This document shows positions 1-9,392 of a stretch of 64,000 nt of DNA, one piece after another. The stretch covers positions 65,249 to 129,248 of the forward strand of contig CALFMN010000021.1 of the NCBI GenBank assembly GCA_937879875.1, given 5' to 3'. The position numbers were made by a program, and so were the translations under genes. Position 1 is the first letter of the stretch; the number at the start of each line of letters is the position of its first letter. The notes beneath the pieces are model-generated. The model worked only from the letters and a program-made list of their open reading frames with translations, made no database searches and was not told the DNA's origin. The stretch comes from an uncultured Chloroflexota bacterium. GTDB lineage: Bacteria > Chloroflexota > Dehalococcoidia > CAUJGQ01.

Positions 1-167
1 CTGATGACCGCCAGTATGCTGCCGAGGATCGCCGTCAATCGCTTCCTCACGACTGTGCTCTCCATCTCTTACCAGACTGCCCACATCCGAAACGTTTGGT
101 GGACAACACGGCGGACACAGCCGTTGCACGCCGGAAAAAATGAGCCGCTAACACCGCAATTGAGCTG

Positions 168-974
168 TTAGCAGAGCAGTGCGATCTGGCCGCTCCCGAC
201 GGACACGGCCACGGGCGCCCGCCCACTGGGACAGAGGCCAACCGTCGCGCTGAACGGCACGCCACCGAAGACTGTCGTCGGCACGGTGACGAACGGCGCG
301 AACGGCACGCCGCCAATAGCCGTGATCGCCACCGGGAAGGCGAAGCCGGGGAACTGCGCCAGCACGAAGACCGGCACGCCAATCGCGGTGGTGACGGTTA
401 CGGGCACAAAGGCGTTCACGCCGGCGATCGGCTGCACGGGCGCCTGGATGTCGAGCGCCGTGTACGAGTCGGTCGCGTCGGCGGTGTTGATCAGGTCCAC
501 GGCGTTGTAGATGCTGCGCGGCAGGTCCGGCAGCAGCGCGTTGAAAGGCGTAATCGTGATGCTGGCGTTGCCGAAGTTGTCAGTGATCAGCGTGCCCTGC
601 TGCACCAGCGTCAGCACGACCGGACTCAGCGCCTTGGGCGCGATCTGCACCTGCTGCAGGCTGGGCGGCACGTTTTTGCCGGCGCAGGAGAGGTCGCCGC
701 CGGTGAGTGTCAGGCAGGTGAAGATGGCGTAGACCGCGTTGGGCCGCGCCCCGCCGATCGAGATGCTGATCGTGGCCTGCGCCCCGGTGATCGTCGTGGC
801 GCCGCCGGTGCCCTGGCCGTTGCCGTTGGGGAAGAAGGTTCCCGATGCCAGCCAGGCGTGCGCCGGCCGCGGCGCACCCACGGCGAGACCCGCCGCCAGC
901 AACACCGCCAGCGCGGCGATCACCGCCAGCGGGCGCGGACATGAAGGGGAGCGGCGCGGCGCATGCGCGTTCAC
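168..974 (-). CDS. Secreted hypothetical protein (Sec signal peptide ...LAVIAALAVLLAAGLAVGAPRPAHA; Gly/Thr/Ala/Val-rich)
   Basis: ORF 168..1088. Likely GTG start at 974 just before a hydrophobic signal peptide. No recognisable catalytic motif. Confidence 0.4.
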   Translation of the reverse strand: MNAHAPRRSPSCPRPLAVIAALAVLLAAGLAVGAPRPAHAWLASGTFFPNGNGQGTGGATTITGAQATISISIGGARPNAVYAIFTCLTLTGGDLSCAGKNVPPSLQQVQIAPKALSPVVLTLVQQGTLITDNFGNASITITPFNALLPDLPRSIYNAVDLINTADATDSYTALDIQAPVQPIAGVNAFVPVTVTTAIGVPVFVLAQFPGFAFPVAITAIGGVPFAPFVTVPTTVFGGVPFSATVGLCPSGRAPVAVSVGSGQIALLC

Positions 975-1097
975 GGCGAACTCCGTCAGCGGAAATGCTG
1001 TTCCGCGTATTCCCTTGCGGGAGGCATGTCTGTTCAAGGATCGGCTACGGCGGGCCTGATGGCAAGGCCGGCGCGGCGGCAGTGGCATAAGCGCTGA

Positions 1098-2954
1098 TCA
1101 TAACGGCAGCCGGCCGGCGCCTCGTGCCCGCGCCAGCGCTCCGCTCAGCGCCGGCACGACCTCCGCCCAGTCGCCGATGATGGTGTAGTCCGCCGCCTTC
1201 GCGATCGGCGCCCGCGGGCTGCGGTTGATCGCGACGATCGTGCCCGCTTTCAGCACGCCGACCATGTGATTGAAGCTGCCGCTGACGCCGACCGCGACGT
1301 AGAGCGCTGGCGCGATCGCGCGGCCGGTGAGGCCGACCTGGCGCTGGCGCGGCAGCCAGCCGAGATCCGTTACCACGCGCGTGGCGCCGATCTCGGCGTG
1401 CAGCTCGGCGGCGAGCGCATGGATCGCCGGCAGGTTCTCCGGCCCGCCGACGCCGCGGCCGACGCCGACCACGATCGCCGCCTCGGTCAGCTCGGAGACA
1501 TTCGCCCGCGGGTCCGGCCGCGATTCGAGCAGGCGGATGCCGAGCCTGGACGCGGGCGCGGCGCTGTCCGGTACGTTCGTTGCGTTCGTTGCGTTCATAT
1601 TGATGATGGGATGCGGCAGCGGCGCCGGCGCGCCGAGCAGACCGGGACGCACCGTCGCCAGCGCGGGCGCCGTGGTGCTGTAGACCGGCGCGACAATGTT
1701 GCCGCCGAAGGCCGGCTTGAGCATCACCAGCCGGCCCGCTTCGTCCACGCGCACGCCGATGCAGTCGCCCGTGAGGCCAAGGCCGAGGCGCGCCGCCAGG
1801 CGCGGCGCCAGATCGCGGCCGTCTGCGCTGGCGGGCAGCAGCACGGCGAACGGCGTCGTCTGCTGAATCGCCCACTGCAGACCCAGGATATGGCGCTCCA
1901 TCACACGAGTGCCGTCGTCCGCGATGCGCAGCACGCGGTCGGCGCCGTGGGCCGCCAGCCGCTCGTCGACGCGCTCATCGCCGCCCGACACGACCGCCGC
2001 GGTGTGCCCGCCGATCGCGTCGGCGATCTCGCCGGCAGCGCCGAGCAGTTCGAAGGCCGAGGGCCGCGGCCGGCCGTCGTGCAACTCGGCCCAGACCAGC
2101 ACGGCCTGTCCGCGCTCCGGCGCGCGCTGGCGGGCGCGCGGAGGCGCTGCGCCGGCCGGCCGCGCGAAGGCGCCGCGCGCCAGCAGCTTTTCGACCAGCT
2201 CTTCGGCCAGGACGGCCGGATCGTCGCCCGTCAGCACATCGCCCAGCCGTTCGGGCCGCTCCTCGTAGACCTCACCCACCCAGGTCGGCGAGCCGGCCGC
2301 GCCGAAGCGCTCGGGCGGTCCGAGATCGGCGGCTGCCAGCGTGGCGATGGCGCTCTGGTCGATCGCGTCGAGCTGATCCTGCCGCGGCCAGACCTCCTCG
2401 CCGATCGCTTCGGACACCGTTACCAGCGCCGGCAGCGGGCACTGCAGGAGATCGATTCCGTCGTCGGTCTCGCGCTCGGCGGTGAGCGTGCGCGCCGTTT
2501 CGTCGATCTGCATGGCGCGCACGCCGCTGAGGTGCGGGATGCCGAGCAGCTCGGCCACCTCCGGCCCGACCTGGCCCGTCTCCGAATCGGTGGAGTGCCG
2601 CCCGCAGAGGATCAGGTCGTAGCCGCCGGGCCGCAGCGCCGCGGCCAGTGCCCGCGCCGTGGCGAGCGTGTCGGCGCCGGCAAAGGCGCGGTCGTTCAGA
2701 TGTAATGCCCGATCCGCGCCGAGCGCCAGCGCCTGTTCAAGGATCTCGCGTGCCTGCGGCGGCCCCATCGTGACCGCCGTGAGGCCGCCGCCGCGCTCCG
2801 CCCGGTAGGCCGCGGCGAAGCCCAGGGCGCGGTTTTCGAACGAGTCCATCAGCCCGGCCACACCCTCGCGCACGACACGGCGCGTCTCGGGGTCGAAGCG
2901 GATGCGGGCGACGTTGGGCACCTGCTTCATGCAGACGGCGAGGGCAAGCGGCAC
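1098..2954 (-). CDS. Electron transfer flavoprotein, fused beta-alpha subunits (EtfB-EtfA / FixAB-like)
   Basis: N-terminus MPLALAVCMKQVPN... matches the ETF-beta start (MKILVCVKQVPD-like). C-terminus ...AAIVVGVGRGVGGPENL...LYVAVGVSGSFNHMVG...DWAEVVPAL matches the ETF-alpha FAD-binding domain. One continuous 618-aa frame. Confidence 0.85.
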   Translation of the reverse strand: MPLALAVCMKQVPNVARIRFDPETRRVVREGVAGLMDSFENRALGFAAAYRAERGGGLTAVTMGPPQAREILEQALALGADRALHLNDRAFAGADTLATARALAAALRPGGYDLILCGRHSTDSETGQVGPEVAELLGIPHLSGVRAMQIDETARTLTAERETDDGIDLLQCPLPALVTVSEAIGEEVWPRQDQLDAIDQSAIATLAAADLGPPERFGAAGSPTWVGEVYEERPERLGDVLTGDDPAVLAEELVEKLLARGAFARPAGAAPPRARQRAPERGQAVLVWAELHDGRPRPSAFELLGAAGEIADAIGGHTAAVVSGGDERVDERLAAHGADRVLRIADDGTRVMERHILGLQWAIQQTTPFAVLLPASADGRDLAPRLAARLGLGLTGDCIGVRVDEAGRLVMLKPAFGGNIVAPVYSTTAPALATVRPGLLGAPAPLPHPIINMNATNATNVPDSAAPASRLGIRLLESRPDPRANVSELTEAAIVVGVGRGVGGPENLPAIHALAAELHAEIGATRVVTDLGWLPRQRQVGLTGRAIAPALYVAVGVSGSFNHMVGVLKAGTIVAINRSPRAPIAKAADYTIIGDWAEVVPALSGALARARGAGRLPL

Positions 2955-3031
2955 GACGGTTGCTCCGGCCTGCGGTGCGTTGGGTGTGCTGCGAGTACGG
3001 CGCCCGTCCGCGCGCGGATCTGCCGCGTCGG

Positions 3032-3430
3032 CTAGCTGTTCATGAAGACGCGCAACTCATCCACCATCAGCCGCGGCAGGAACTGCAAGGAGAGCAGGTT
3101 GTTGCCCGAACGCCACTCCCAGCCGACGTGCGGCACACCCGGCCGCGGCGTGCCGGAGACGACGCGGCCGATCAGGAACTTGCTGTTCGGCGGCTGCATC
3201 GCCGTGCCGGAGGGCGGATCGAGGAAGCCGCTGATCGCCACGTCCATGCCGGTGGCGCTGTGAATGCGGCGCACCAGCTCCGGCTCGTCGTCCAGCTCTT
3301 TGCTCGTCGCGCAGATCTGCGGAAACTCGACCACGCCCGGCTCGCGCTCGAGCAGAAACACGGTTGTGTCGCCCGTGCGCGTACTGATGATGAACAGATG
3401 CAGGACGTGCTCGGTCTGGGTTTTGGGCAT
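3032..3430 (-). CDS. Hypothetical protein
   Basis: 132-aa ORF with a start context. No clear family motif (no Nudix box). Confidence 0.35.
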   Translation of the reverse strand: MPKTQTEHVLHLFIISTRTGDTTVFLLEREPGVVEFPQICATSKELDDEPELVRRIHSATGMDVAISGFLDPPSGTAMQPPNSKFLIGRVVSGTPRPGVPHVGWEWRSGNNLLSLQFLPRLMVDELRVFMNS

Positions 3431-3596
3431 GGCGTCAAAACCTTACATCGTCCGAGGAGCCGCGGCCATGCCGGGCAAGGGCTATCGTAGCGTAGCCGCT
3501 GCGCGGTGTCGCGCGCGGAAGCGACCGCAACCCGGGTGCCCGCGTACGCAGCGCACGTCCGGCCCGAAGCACGCGGGGGCTGCAGCGAGCGTCGGG

Positions 3597-3836
3597 CTGG
3601 CGGGGCACCTAACCCTGCTTTGCCTGACGGCAAAGCTGTCCCTTCCCGAGACGGGAAAGGGACTTCTGGAGCGTTCCTATCGCCGTGCGACGGCGGCGGG
3701 ATCACGGTGTCGTCGCGGGACACGCGGCTGGGTTGTCTCCCGTCCGTTTGTGTGTCCTCTACCCAAACCCTTCCTGTGTCGGGAAGGGACAGGTTTGCCG
3801 TCAGGCAAAGCAGGGTTAGGTGCCCCGCCAGCCCGA
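3597..3836. repeat. MITE-like interspersed repeat, family 1 (TIR ...GGCACCTAACCCTG...; internal hairpin GTCCCTTCCCG-N-CGGGAAGGGAC), full copy A
   Basis: About 45-bp near-perfect terminal inverted repeat (cgtcgggctggcggggcacctaaccctgctttgcctgacggcaaa / reverse complement) flanking about 130 bp. The same element recurs at 48398-48640. Confidence 0.8.
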
Positions 3837-3839
3837 CGT

Positions 3840-5243
3840 TCAGACGGCGAGCCGGTTGATGCCGTCGAAGGCGGCGACTTTGTACGCTTCGGCAAGAGTG
3901 GGATAGTTGAAGACCGTATGCACGAAGTAGTCGATCGGGCCGTGGTTGGCCAGCACCGCCTGGCCGACGTGCACCAGCTCGCTCGCGCCTTCGCCGATGA
4001 TATGCACGCCCAGCAGCTCGCGCGTGTAGATGTCGAAGATCAGCTTCAACATGCCGGTGGTGTCGCCGATAATCAGGCCGCGGGCGATCTCGCGGTAGAG
4101 CGCCTTGCCGACCTCGTACGGCACGCCGGCCGCCGTCAGCTCTTCCTCGGTGCGGCCCACCATCGAAATCTCCGGAATCGTGTAGATGCCGTAGGGGAAG
4201 TGATCCGGGCTGCTGGAGAGCGGCGCGCCGAAGGCGTGACAGGCCGCCAGCCGGCCCTGCTCCGACGACGTTGAGGCGAGGCTGGGAAAGCCGGTCAGGT
4301 CGCCCACGGCGTAGATGTGCGGCACGGCCGTCTGGTACTGCTCGTTGACGGCGATGCGGCCGCGCGCATCGGCCTCAAGCCCCGCCGCCGGCAAGTTGAG
4401 CAGCGCTGTGGCGCCGTCGCGGCCCGCGCAGTAGAGCACGGCTTCGCTGCCGATCTGCTTGCCGCTGGCGGTATGGATGCGTACCGAGCCGTCCTCGGCG
4501 ATCAGGACGCTCTCGACCGTCTCGCCCAGGCGCAGCACCACGCGCTGGTTGCGCAGGTGATACTCCAGCGTCTCCACGATCTCGCGGTCGACGAAGGGCA
4601 GCAGCGTCGGCCGCGCATCGATCAGGGTTACACGCACGCCGAGCGTGGCGAAGGTCGAGGCATACTCGCAGCCGATCACGCCGGCGCCGACGACGGCCAA
4701 CGAGCGCGGAATGCGTTCCATCTGCAAAATGCCGTCGCTGTCGAGCACGCGCTTCTCATCGAAGGCGACCTGTGCGGGCCGCGCCGGCGTGGTGCCCGTG
4801 GCGATCACGACCGTTTCCGCCGTGACTTCGCGCCCGCCGCGGTGGCGCTGATCCTCGATGTGGACGGTGTGCGGATCGGAGAAGCTGGCCGTGCCGCTCA
4901 AAACTTCGATGCCGTTGCGCCGCATCTGGTGGCGAATCACGTCGGCCTCGTGCTGAATCACGTACTTGCAGCGCGAGAGCAGGTCCGCCATCGTGATCGC
5001 GTCTTTGACGGCGTAGCTGTCGCCATAGAAGCCACGCTCGCGGTAGCCGGAGAGGTAGACCGCGGCCTCGCGCAGCGTCTTGCTCGGAATCGTGCCGGTA
5101 TTGATGCAGACGCCGCCGAGGTCTTCGCTGCGCTCGACGATGCCGACGTGCTTCTGCAGCTTGGCGCCCTGCACGGCGGCGCGCTGGCCCGCCGGTCCCG
5201 TGCCGATCACCAGCAGATCGTAGTCGCAGCTTGTGGCTTCCAT
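3840..5243 (-). CDS. sthA: Soluble pyridine nucleotide transhydrogenase (SthA-like; FAD pyridine nucleotide-disulfide oxidoreductase class I)
   Basis: DYDLLVIGTGPAG Rossmann motif. C-terminal stretch IYAVGDLTGFPSLAS..QGR..A...IYTIPEISMVGRTEEELTAAGVPYEVG...FNYPTLAEAYKVAA is near-identical in pattern to SthA. Start taken at MEATS (5243) rather than ORF start 5330. Confidence 0.8.
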   Translation of the reverse strand: MEATSCDYDLLVIGTGPAGQRAAVQGAKLQKHVGIVERSEDLGGVCINTGTIPSKTLREAAVYLSGYRERGFYGDSYAVKDAITMADLLSRCKYVIQHEADVIRHQMRRNGIEVLSGTASFSDPHTVHIEDQRHRGGREVTAETVVIATGTTPARPAQVAFDEKRVLDSDGILQMERIPRSLAVVGAGVIGCEYASTFATLGVRVTLIDARPTLLPFVDREIVETLEYHLRNQRVVLRLGETVESVLIAEDGSVRIHTASGKQIGSEAVLYCAGRDGATALLNLPAAGLEADARGRIAVNEQYQTAVPHIYAVGDLTGFPSLASTSSEQGRLAACHAFGAPLSSSPDHFPYGIYTIPEISMVGRTEEELTAAGVPYEVGKALYREIARGLIIGDTTGMLKLIFDIYTRELLGVHIIGEGASELVHVGQAVLANHGPIDYFVHTVFNYPTLAEAYKVAAFDGINRLAV

Positions 5244-5439
5244 GCCTGCCTCCGGTCGGGCAGTGCAGGTCCGCCCGGCAGTTCGTTGCTCTATTGCTTC
5301 GGGGCTTCGGTATATCAAGTATCGACGCAAGCGGGCGATTCGCGTAGTCGCGGCTTCTCATCGAATCTCACCGCGGATCACGAAGCCCGGACGGCCGTAC
5401 GGCGCGTCCGGGCTTCTGCCTTCGTGAAGACGTGCGGGC

Positions 5440-6798
5440 TTACTCGATTGTCCACGGCGGCGGCAGATAGCGCAGCGGGTCCACCTGCTTGCCGTTGACG
5501 CGCACCTCGTAATGCACGTGCGGGCCGGTGCATTTGCCCGTGCAGCCGCTGATGCCGAGCTTTTGCCCTTGCTTCACCACGTCGCCGACTTTGACGGCCA
5601 GGCTCGACATGTGCGCGTAGAGCGTGGCCAGGCCGTTGCCGTGGTCCACGATCACGTACAGGCCGTAGCTGCAGCAGGCATCGCCGCCGGCAAAGGTCAC
5701 GGTGCCATCGGCCGAGGCGCCGACCGGATTGCCGCCTGCCGGAAACTCGTCGATGTCAACGCCGAGGTGCGATGGACTGAAGACGGTGCTGATGCGCCGC
5801 GAGTTTGTCGGCCAGGCGAGCTTTGGCTGCGTGCCCGAGGCCGCGGGAGAAGCCGCGGGCGTGGCGGAAGCGCTGGGCGGGGCGGGGCTGTTGCCGCTGT
5901 CGTGGGTCGAGCCGCTGCTGCCGGAGCCGGCTGAGGCGGTGATCGCGGCGCCGCCGGTGCTGCTCGCGGCGTTGGCCGTCACGATCGTCGAGCTGCCGCT
6001 GTTGGAGATGAAGGCGCCGTCTACCCAGCCGCTCTGGCCGTTCACGCTGACGGGATACCACTGATTGTTGGCCGCGCCGGTGATCGTCACACTCGCCCCG
6101 CCGGGAATCACCGTGACCACGCCGTAGGACGTATCGGGGCCGGAGCGCAGGTTGAGGCCGTCCGGCGGCAGCACCGTGGCCGTGCCGGCAGGCGCCGGTG
6201 TGACGCTGGCGGCGGCAGCGAGCGGAGCAGCCGGCGGCGTGACGCTGGCTGCCGGTGCGGCCGCAGCCACGCTGGGCGAGCCATTGCCGCCGGCTTGCGG
6301 CGGCGTGGGGGCGTTCAACGTGATGTAGGCGCCGTCGGCCCAGCCGATCTGCCCGCTGTACTGCAAGGGCAGCCAGTTATCGGTAGTGGGGTTGCCGGTG
6401 ATCGTGACCGCGGCGCCGTTGGGCATGACGGTCACGATGTCGTAGCTCTGGCCGGGGCCGGAGCGCAAGTTCAGGCCATCCGCGGAGTTCACCGTGCCGG
6501 TGGGAGAGGTGATGGTGTCCGCCGTGGCGCTGCCGGCGCGGAAGGCGGAGAAAACGACCATGGTGACGACGGCCAGCCAGGGCGCCGTCCTGCGCCAGGC
6601 CGCCGTGGGCGCGGCCTCACATGCGGGAGCAGTCTTCGGGGTGGTCGTGTGCCGGCGCGAAGGTTGGGAAGGCTGGGCGGTGCGCCGGGGCTCGAGCATA
6701 CCGTTAATGCTCTCGTCCTCCTCTGCTGCGGTTTGGCGGAAGAGCGCCGCCGCGCGTCGCAGCGTATTGCGAAAAGACGACGCCAAAACCTCGGTCAT
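5440..6798 (-). CDS. M23 family metallopeptidase with two bacterial SH3 (SH3b) domains, membrane-anchored
   Basis: C-terminal M23 signature HLGVDID...DGTVTFAG...YGLYVIVDHGNGLATLYAHMS...GISGCTGKCTGPHVHYEV. Two NLRSGPG..Y..V SH3b repeats. TM/signal segment WLAVVTMVVFSAF. Start at MTEVL (6798) is a guess. Confidence 0.75.
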   Translation of the reverse strand: MTEVLASSFRNTLRRAAALFRQTAAEEDESINGMLEPRRTAQPSQPSRRHTTTPKTAPACEAAPTAAWRRTAPWLAVVTMVVFSAFRAGSATADTITSPTGTVNSADGLNLRSGPGQSYDIVTVMPNGAAVTITGNPTTDNWLPLQYSGQIGWADGAYITLNAPTPPQAGGNGSPSVAAAAPAASVTPPAAPLAAAASVTPAPAGTATVLPPDGLNLRSGPDTSYGVVTVIPGGASVTITGAANNQWYPVSVNGQSGWVDGAFISNSGSSTIVTANAASSTGGAAITASAGSGSSGSTHDSGNSPAPPSASATPAASPAASGTQPKLAWPTNSRRISTVFSPSHLGVDIDEFPAGGNPVGASADGTVTFAGGDACCSYGLYVIVDHGNGLATLYAHMSSLAVKVGDVVKQGQKLGISGCTGKCTGPHVHYEVRVNGKQVDPLRYLPPPWTIE

Positions 6799-7215
6799 TG
6801 TACAGGCACGTCCCAATGGCGCGATCCTTCGCAATCCAGCCACAGGCCGGCAGAGCCGGGGCGAGCGCGCCGCGTCCGCACGGTTGCGGCACGGTGGACA
6901 TAAATCGCTCGCGTTTACTCCCATTTTCTCGCCTTTTCGTATGCGAGTCCGGGAATTGTGTAACATCCATGTTTCGCGCCGGCCGGCTGGCCGGACCACG
7001 GGAACCCGTTCCATTCCCGCCAACGTACGCCGTCTGCCCTGGTTGGGCCGGCGCGGTTATGGCCTGTTTCACGGTCGGGGTCCGAGCCGCGCCGCCGCCA
7101 CCGTCGCCGTCGTCATGCTACGGTGGGGAGCGTCGCGCCCGGCACCCGGCGCGTCCCCTAAAAAATTGCCGGCCCGCGCGGGCGAAGCGACGTGCGCGGG
7201 CCGAGAGGAGTGCGC

Positions 7216-7750
7216 CATGACCCTCGTGGAGTTCATTCAGGCGGAGCTGCTGCGGCTGCACGAGCTGCTGGAGCGCGGCGTCGCCGATCTTTCGCCGCAG
7301 CAGTGGCACGCGGTGCCCGGTGGCGCCGCGGGCAAGGCGAACACGATCGCCTTCGAGCTCTGGCACTACGCGCGCACGGAAGACAACATCGTGCGCTTTA
7401 TCTTGCAAGGCCGGCCAACGGTCTGGATGGACGGCGGCTGGGCGGCGCGGCTGGGCCTGCCCGAGCGGGCGCAGGGCACCGGTATGCCGACCGACGACGC
7501 GCACGCCCTGCGCATCGCCGATCTGGACGGCTTCAAGCAGTACAGGCACGCTGTCTGGGCCAGCACCGGCGAGTATCTTGCGAACCCCGACGAAGCGACG
7601 TTCAGCCAGCCGAAGCTGGTGAAACCGCTGGGCGAGATGCCGGCGATCCGCGCCCTCGGCCAGGTCTGCATGACGCACGGCTTCACCCACCTTGGCGAGC
7701 TGGAGCTGTCGCGCACGCTGCTCGGCCTCGGCCCGGCGATCGGCATCTAA
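7216..7750 (+). CDS. DinB_2/YfiT-like (DinB superfamily) protein
   Basis: ATG at 7216. 177 aa. Paralogous (about 45% by eye) to the 23033..23608 product: shared LWHYARTEDNIVRFILQ / AWHWIRTEDNVVNFVLQ and C-terminal HG..HLGE.. motifs. Confidence 0.7.
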
Positions 7751-7751
7751 A

Positions 7752-7925
7752 CGAGACTGCGGCCCTCTATCCCCCTTCCCCTTTCTCCCAATCCTGGGAG
7801 AAAGGGGCGATCCCGGGTTAGAGCGATCCGATCTGCGAACGGCTAACCGCAAACCGATCGGATCGCCCGACGCGGGGTCGCCCCTCGCCCAGGATTGGGC
7901 GAGGGGACGGGGGTGAGGGCCGACT
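7752..7925. repeat. Interspersed palindromic repeat, family 2 (arms GGCCCTCACCCCC...CCCCTTTCTCCCAATCCTGGGAGAAAGGGGCGATCC), full copy
   Basis: Each arm is itself a hairpin (cccctttctccca/tgggagaaagggg). The two arms are inverted copies around a roughly 45-bp core. Full copies also at 30703-30880 and 57950-58125. Confidence 0.8.
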
Positions 7926-8090
7926 GCCGCGCCGCGCGCCGAAGAAGCCACGGCGATATGTCAGAAAGCGCACCGAAAGGTTCGTGCTGGTGCTTGTTAG
8001 ACGCCCTTAGGCGCTGTACCGTAAAGGCTGGCCGGCGATCGCGTCGCGCACGCGGTGGCCTGCGGGAGAGCACTCGCGACGGAGGTGCGC

Positions 8091-8591
8091 ATGGGGCAGG
8101 AGGAGCAGCAGACACCCGCGGAAGAGCTCTGGTGGCTGCTGATGCAGGTGGGCACACTGGTGCGGCGCGTGGCGGAGCGTCGGCTCTCGTCGGCGCGCAG
8201 TTCGCCCGACCAGGTGCAGGCGCTGCAGGCGATCGCCGCGCGCCAGCCGCTGACCGTGGGAGAGATCGCCCGGGCGATGGGTCTTGAGCGCAACAGCGCC
8301 TCGCAGCTGGTGGAGCGGCTGGTACGGCAGGGGCTGGTGGAACGCGAACGCTCGCTGAGCGACCGCCGGCAGGTCTTCGTCACAGTCAGCCATGCCGGGC
8401 GCTCGGCGATCGAAGCCTCGGCGCCGTCGATCCGCGCCCTCGCGGATGAGCTGCTCGGCGCGGTTAGTGAGGCGCAGATCCGCGAAGCCGCCGAGGCCCT
8501 GCGCGCCATGCGCGACAGTGCCGGCACGCTGCTGCAAGGTACCGGCGCCGACGCGGAGCCTGCGCCGATCGAAATCTCCGCCGCCGGCTAA
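8091..8591 (+). CDS. MarR family transcriptional regulator
   Basis: wHTH region ...LTVGEIARAMGLERNSASQLVERLVRQGLVERERSLSDRRQVFV... typical of MarR. ATG at 8091. Confidence 0.8.
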   Translation: MGQEEQQTPAEELWWLLMQVGTLVRRVAERRLSSARSSPDQVQALQAIAARQPLTVGEIARAMGLERNSASQLVERLVRQGLVERERSLSDRRQVFVTVSHAGRSAIEASAPSIRALADELLGAVSEAQIREAAEALRAMRDSAGTLLQGTGADAEPAPIEISAAG

Positions 8592-8680
8592 CGACACTGG
8601 CCTAGGATTGGCGTGCGGGCCAGCGCACGCGATCATCGTGACCTTCGGCGCGGTCTGTCCGCCCGCCGCCCTTCCCGTCG

Positions 8681-9247
8681 CTAGGTCAGCGGCCAGCGGC
8701 GCAGGGCGGGGAAGCGCTCGGCGAGCATGCGGTCGAGGCCGTAGAAGCGGCCGGCGCTGGTCAGTGCCAGCGCCAGGCAGGGGATGAACTCGGTCCAGTA
8801 GTCCCAGACAAAGTCGGCGTCGCCCTGGCCCCAGCGCGAGAACCAGATGTGCGCCGTCATCAAAAGGCCGGCGATCGCCAGCGCCGGCGTGAAGGCGCCC
8901 AGCACCAACCCCAGCCCGACCGTCAGCTCGCCCAGCCCGACCAAATGGCCAAAGATGTTCCAGTGCGGCACCAGCACGTCGAGCACGAGGCGCTTATACG
9001 GCTCGATCGGGTGGTGCTGCACGTTTGACTGGATGATGCCCTTCGCGCCGTTGTAGTCGATCAGGAAGCCCGGCAGCGGATGCAGGTGCTCAAGGCCGAA
9101 CAGCTTGCTCAGGCCGTTGCTGAGGAAGACGAGGCCGAAGAGCACGCGCAGAATCAGCAGACCCCAGGCGAGCAGGCGTGTCCGAAGTACGGCATCGCCC
9201 GCACTTGCCGCCGGTCCGGGAATCGCGATCACGTCACTGGACTGCAT
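8681..9247 (-). CDS. DoxX family membrane protein
   Basis: Four predicted TM helices. LRVLFGLVFLSNGLSKLFG motif typical of DoxX. ATG at 9247 (MQSSDV). Confidence 0.7.
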   Translation of the reverse strand: MQSSDVIAIPGPAASAGDAVLRTRLLAWGLLILRVLFGLVFLSNGLSKLFGLEHLHPLPGFLIDYNGAKGIIQSNVQHHPIEPYKRLVLDVLVPHWNIFGHLVGLGELTVGLGLVLGAFTPALAIAGLLMTAHIWFSRWGQGDADFVWDYWTEFIPCLALALTSAGRFYGLDRMLAERFPALRRWPLT

Positions 9248-9392
9248 GGGCGGCTCCTCTTCGGCGGCGCAAGCGGGCGTACCAGGGCCGTCCACTCCCG
9301 CGGCCGGCCCACGCGTATCGTGCCGTTCAATCGAAAATCAGGCAGGTGGTCGTGCGTCGGACGCCGCCGGCGGCCGCAATACCCTGCGACAC

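Noticed and set aside
1266-2705. 479-aa ORF on the plus strand, and many similar long ORFs (e.g. 3264..4274, 4317..5498, 18073..19011, 20842..22227, 25739..27613 minus, 38263..39609 minus)
   Set aside because: They lie antisense to strongly supported genes and translate to Arg/Ala/Gly-rich low-complexity sequence. These are typical shadow ORFs in 70% GC DNA.
6494-7750. 418-aa ORF-track frame merging antisense peptidase DNA with the DinB_2 gene
   Set aside because: Only the last 177 codons, from ATG 7216, resemble a real protein. Upstream is antisense of the M23 gene.
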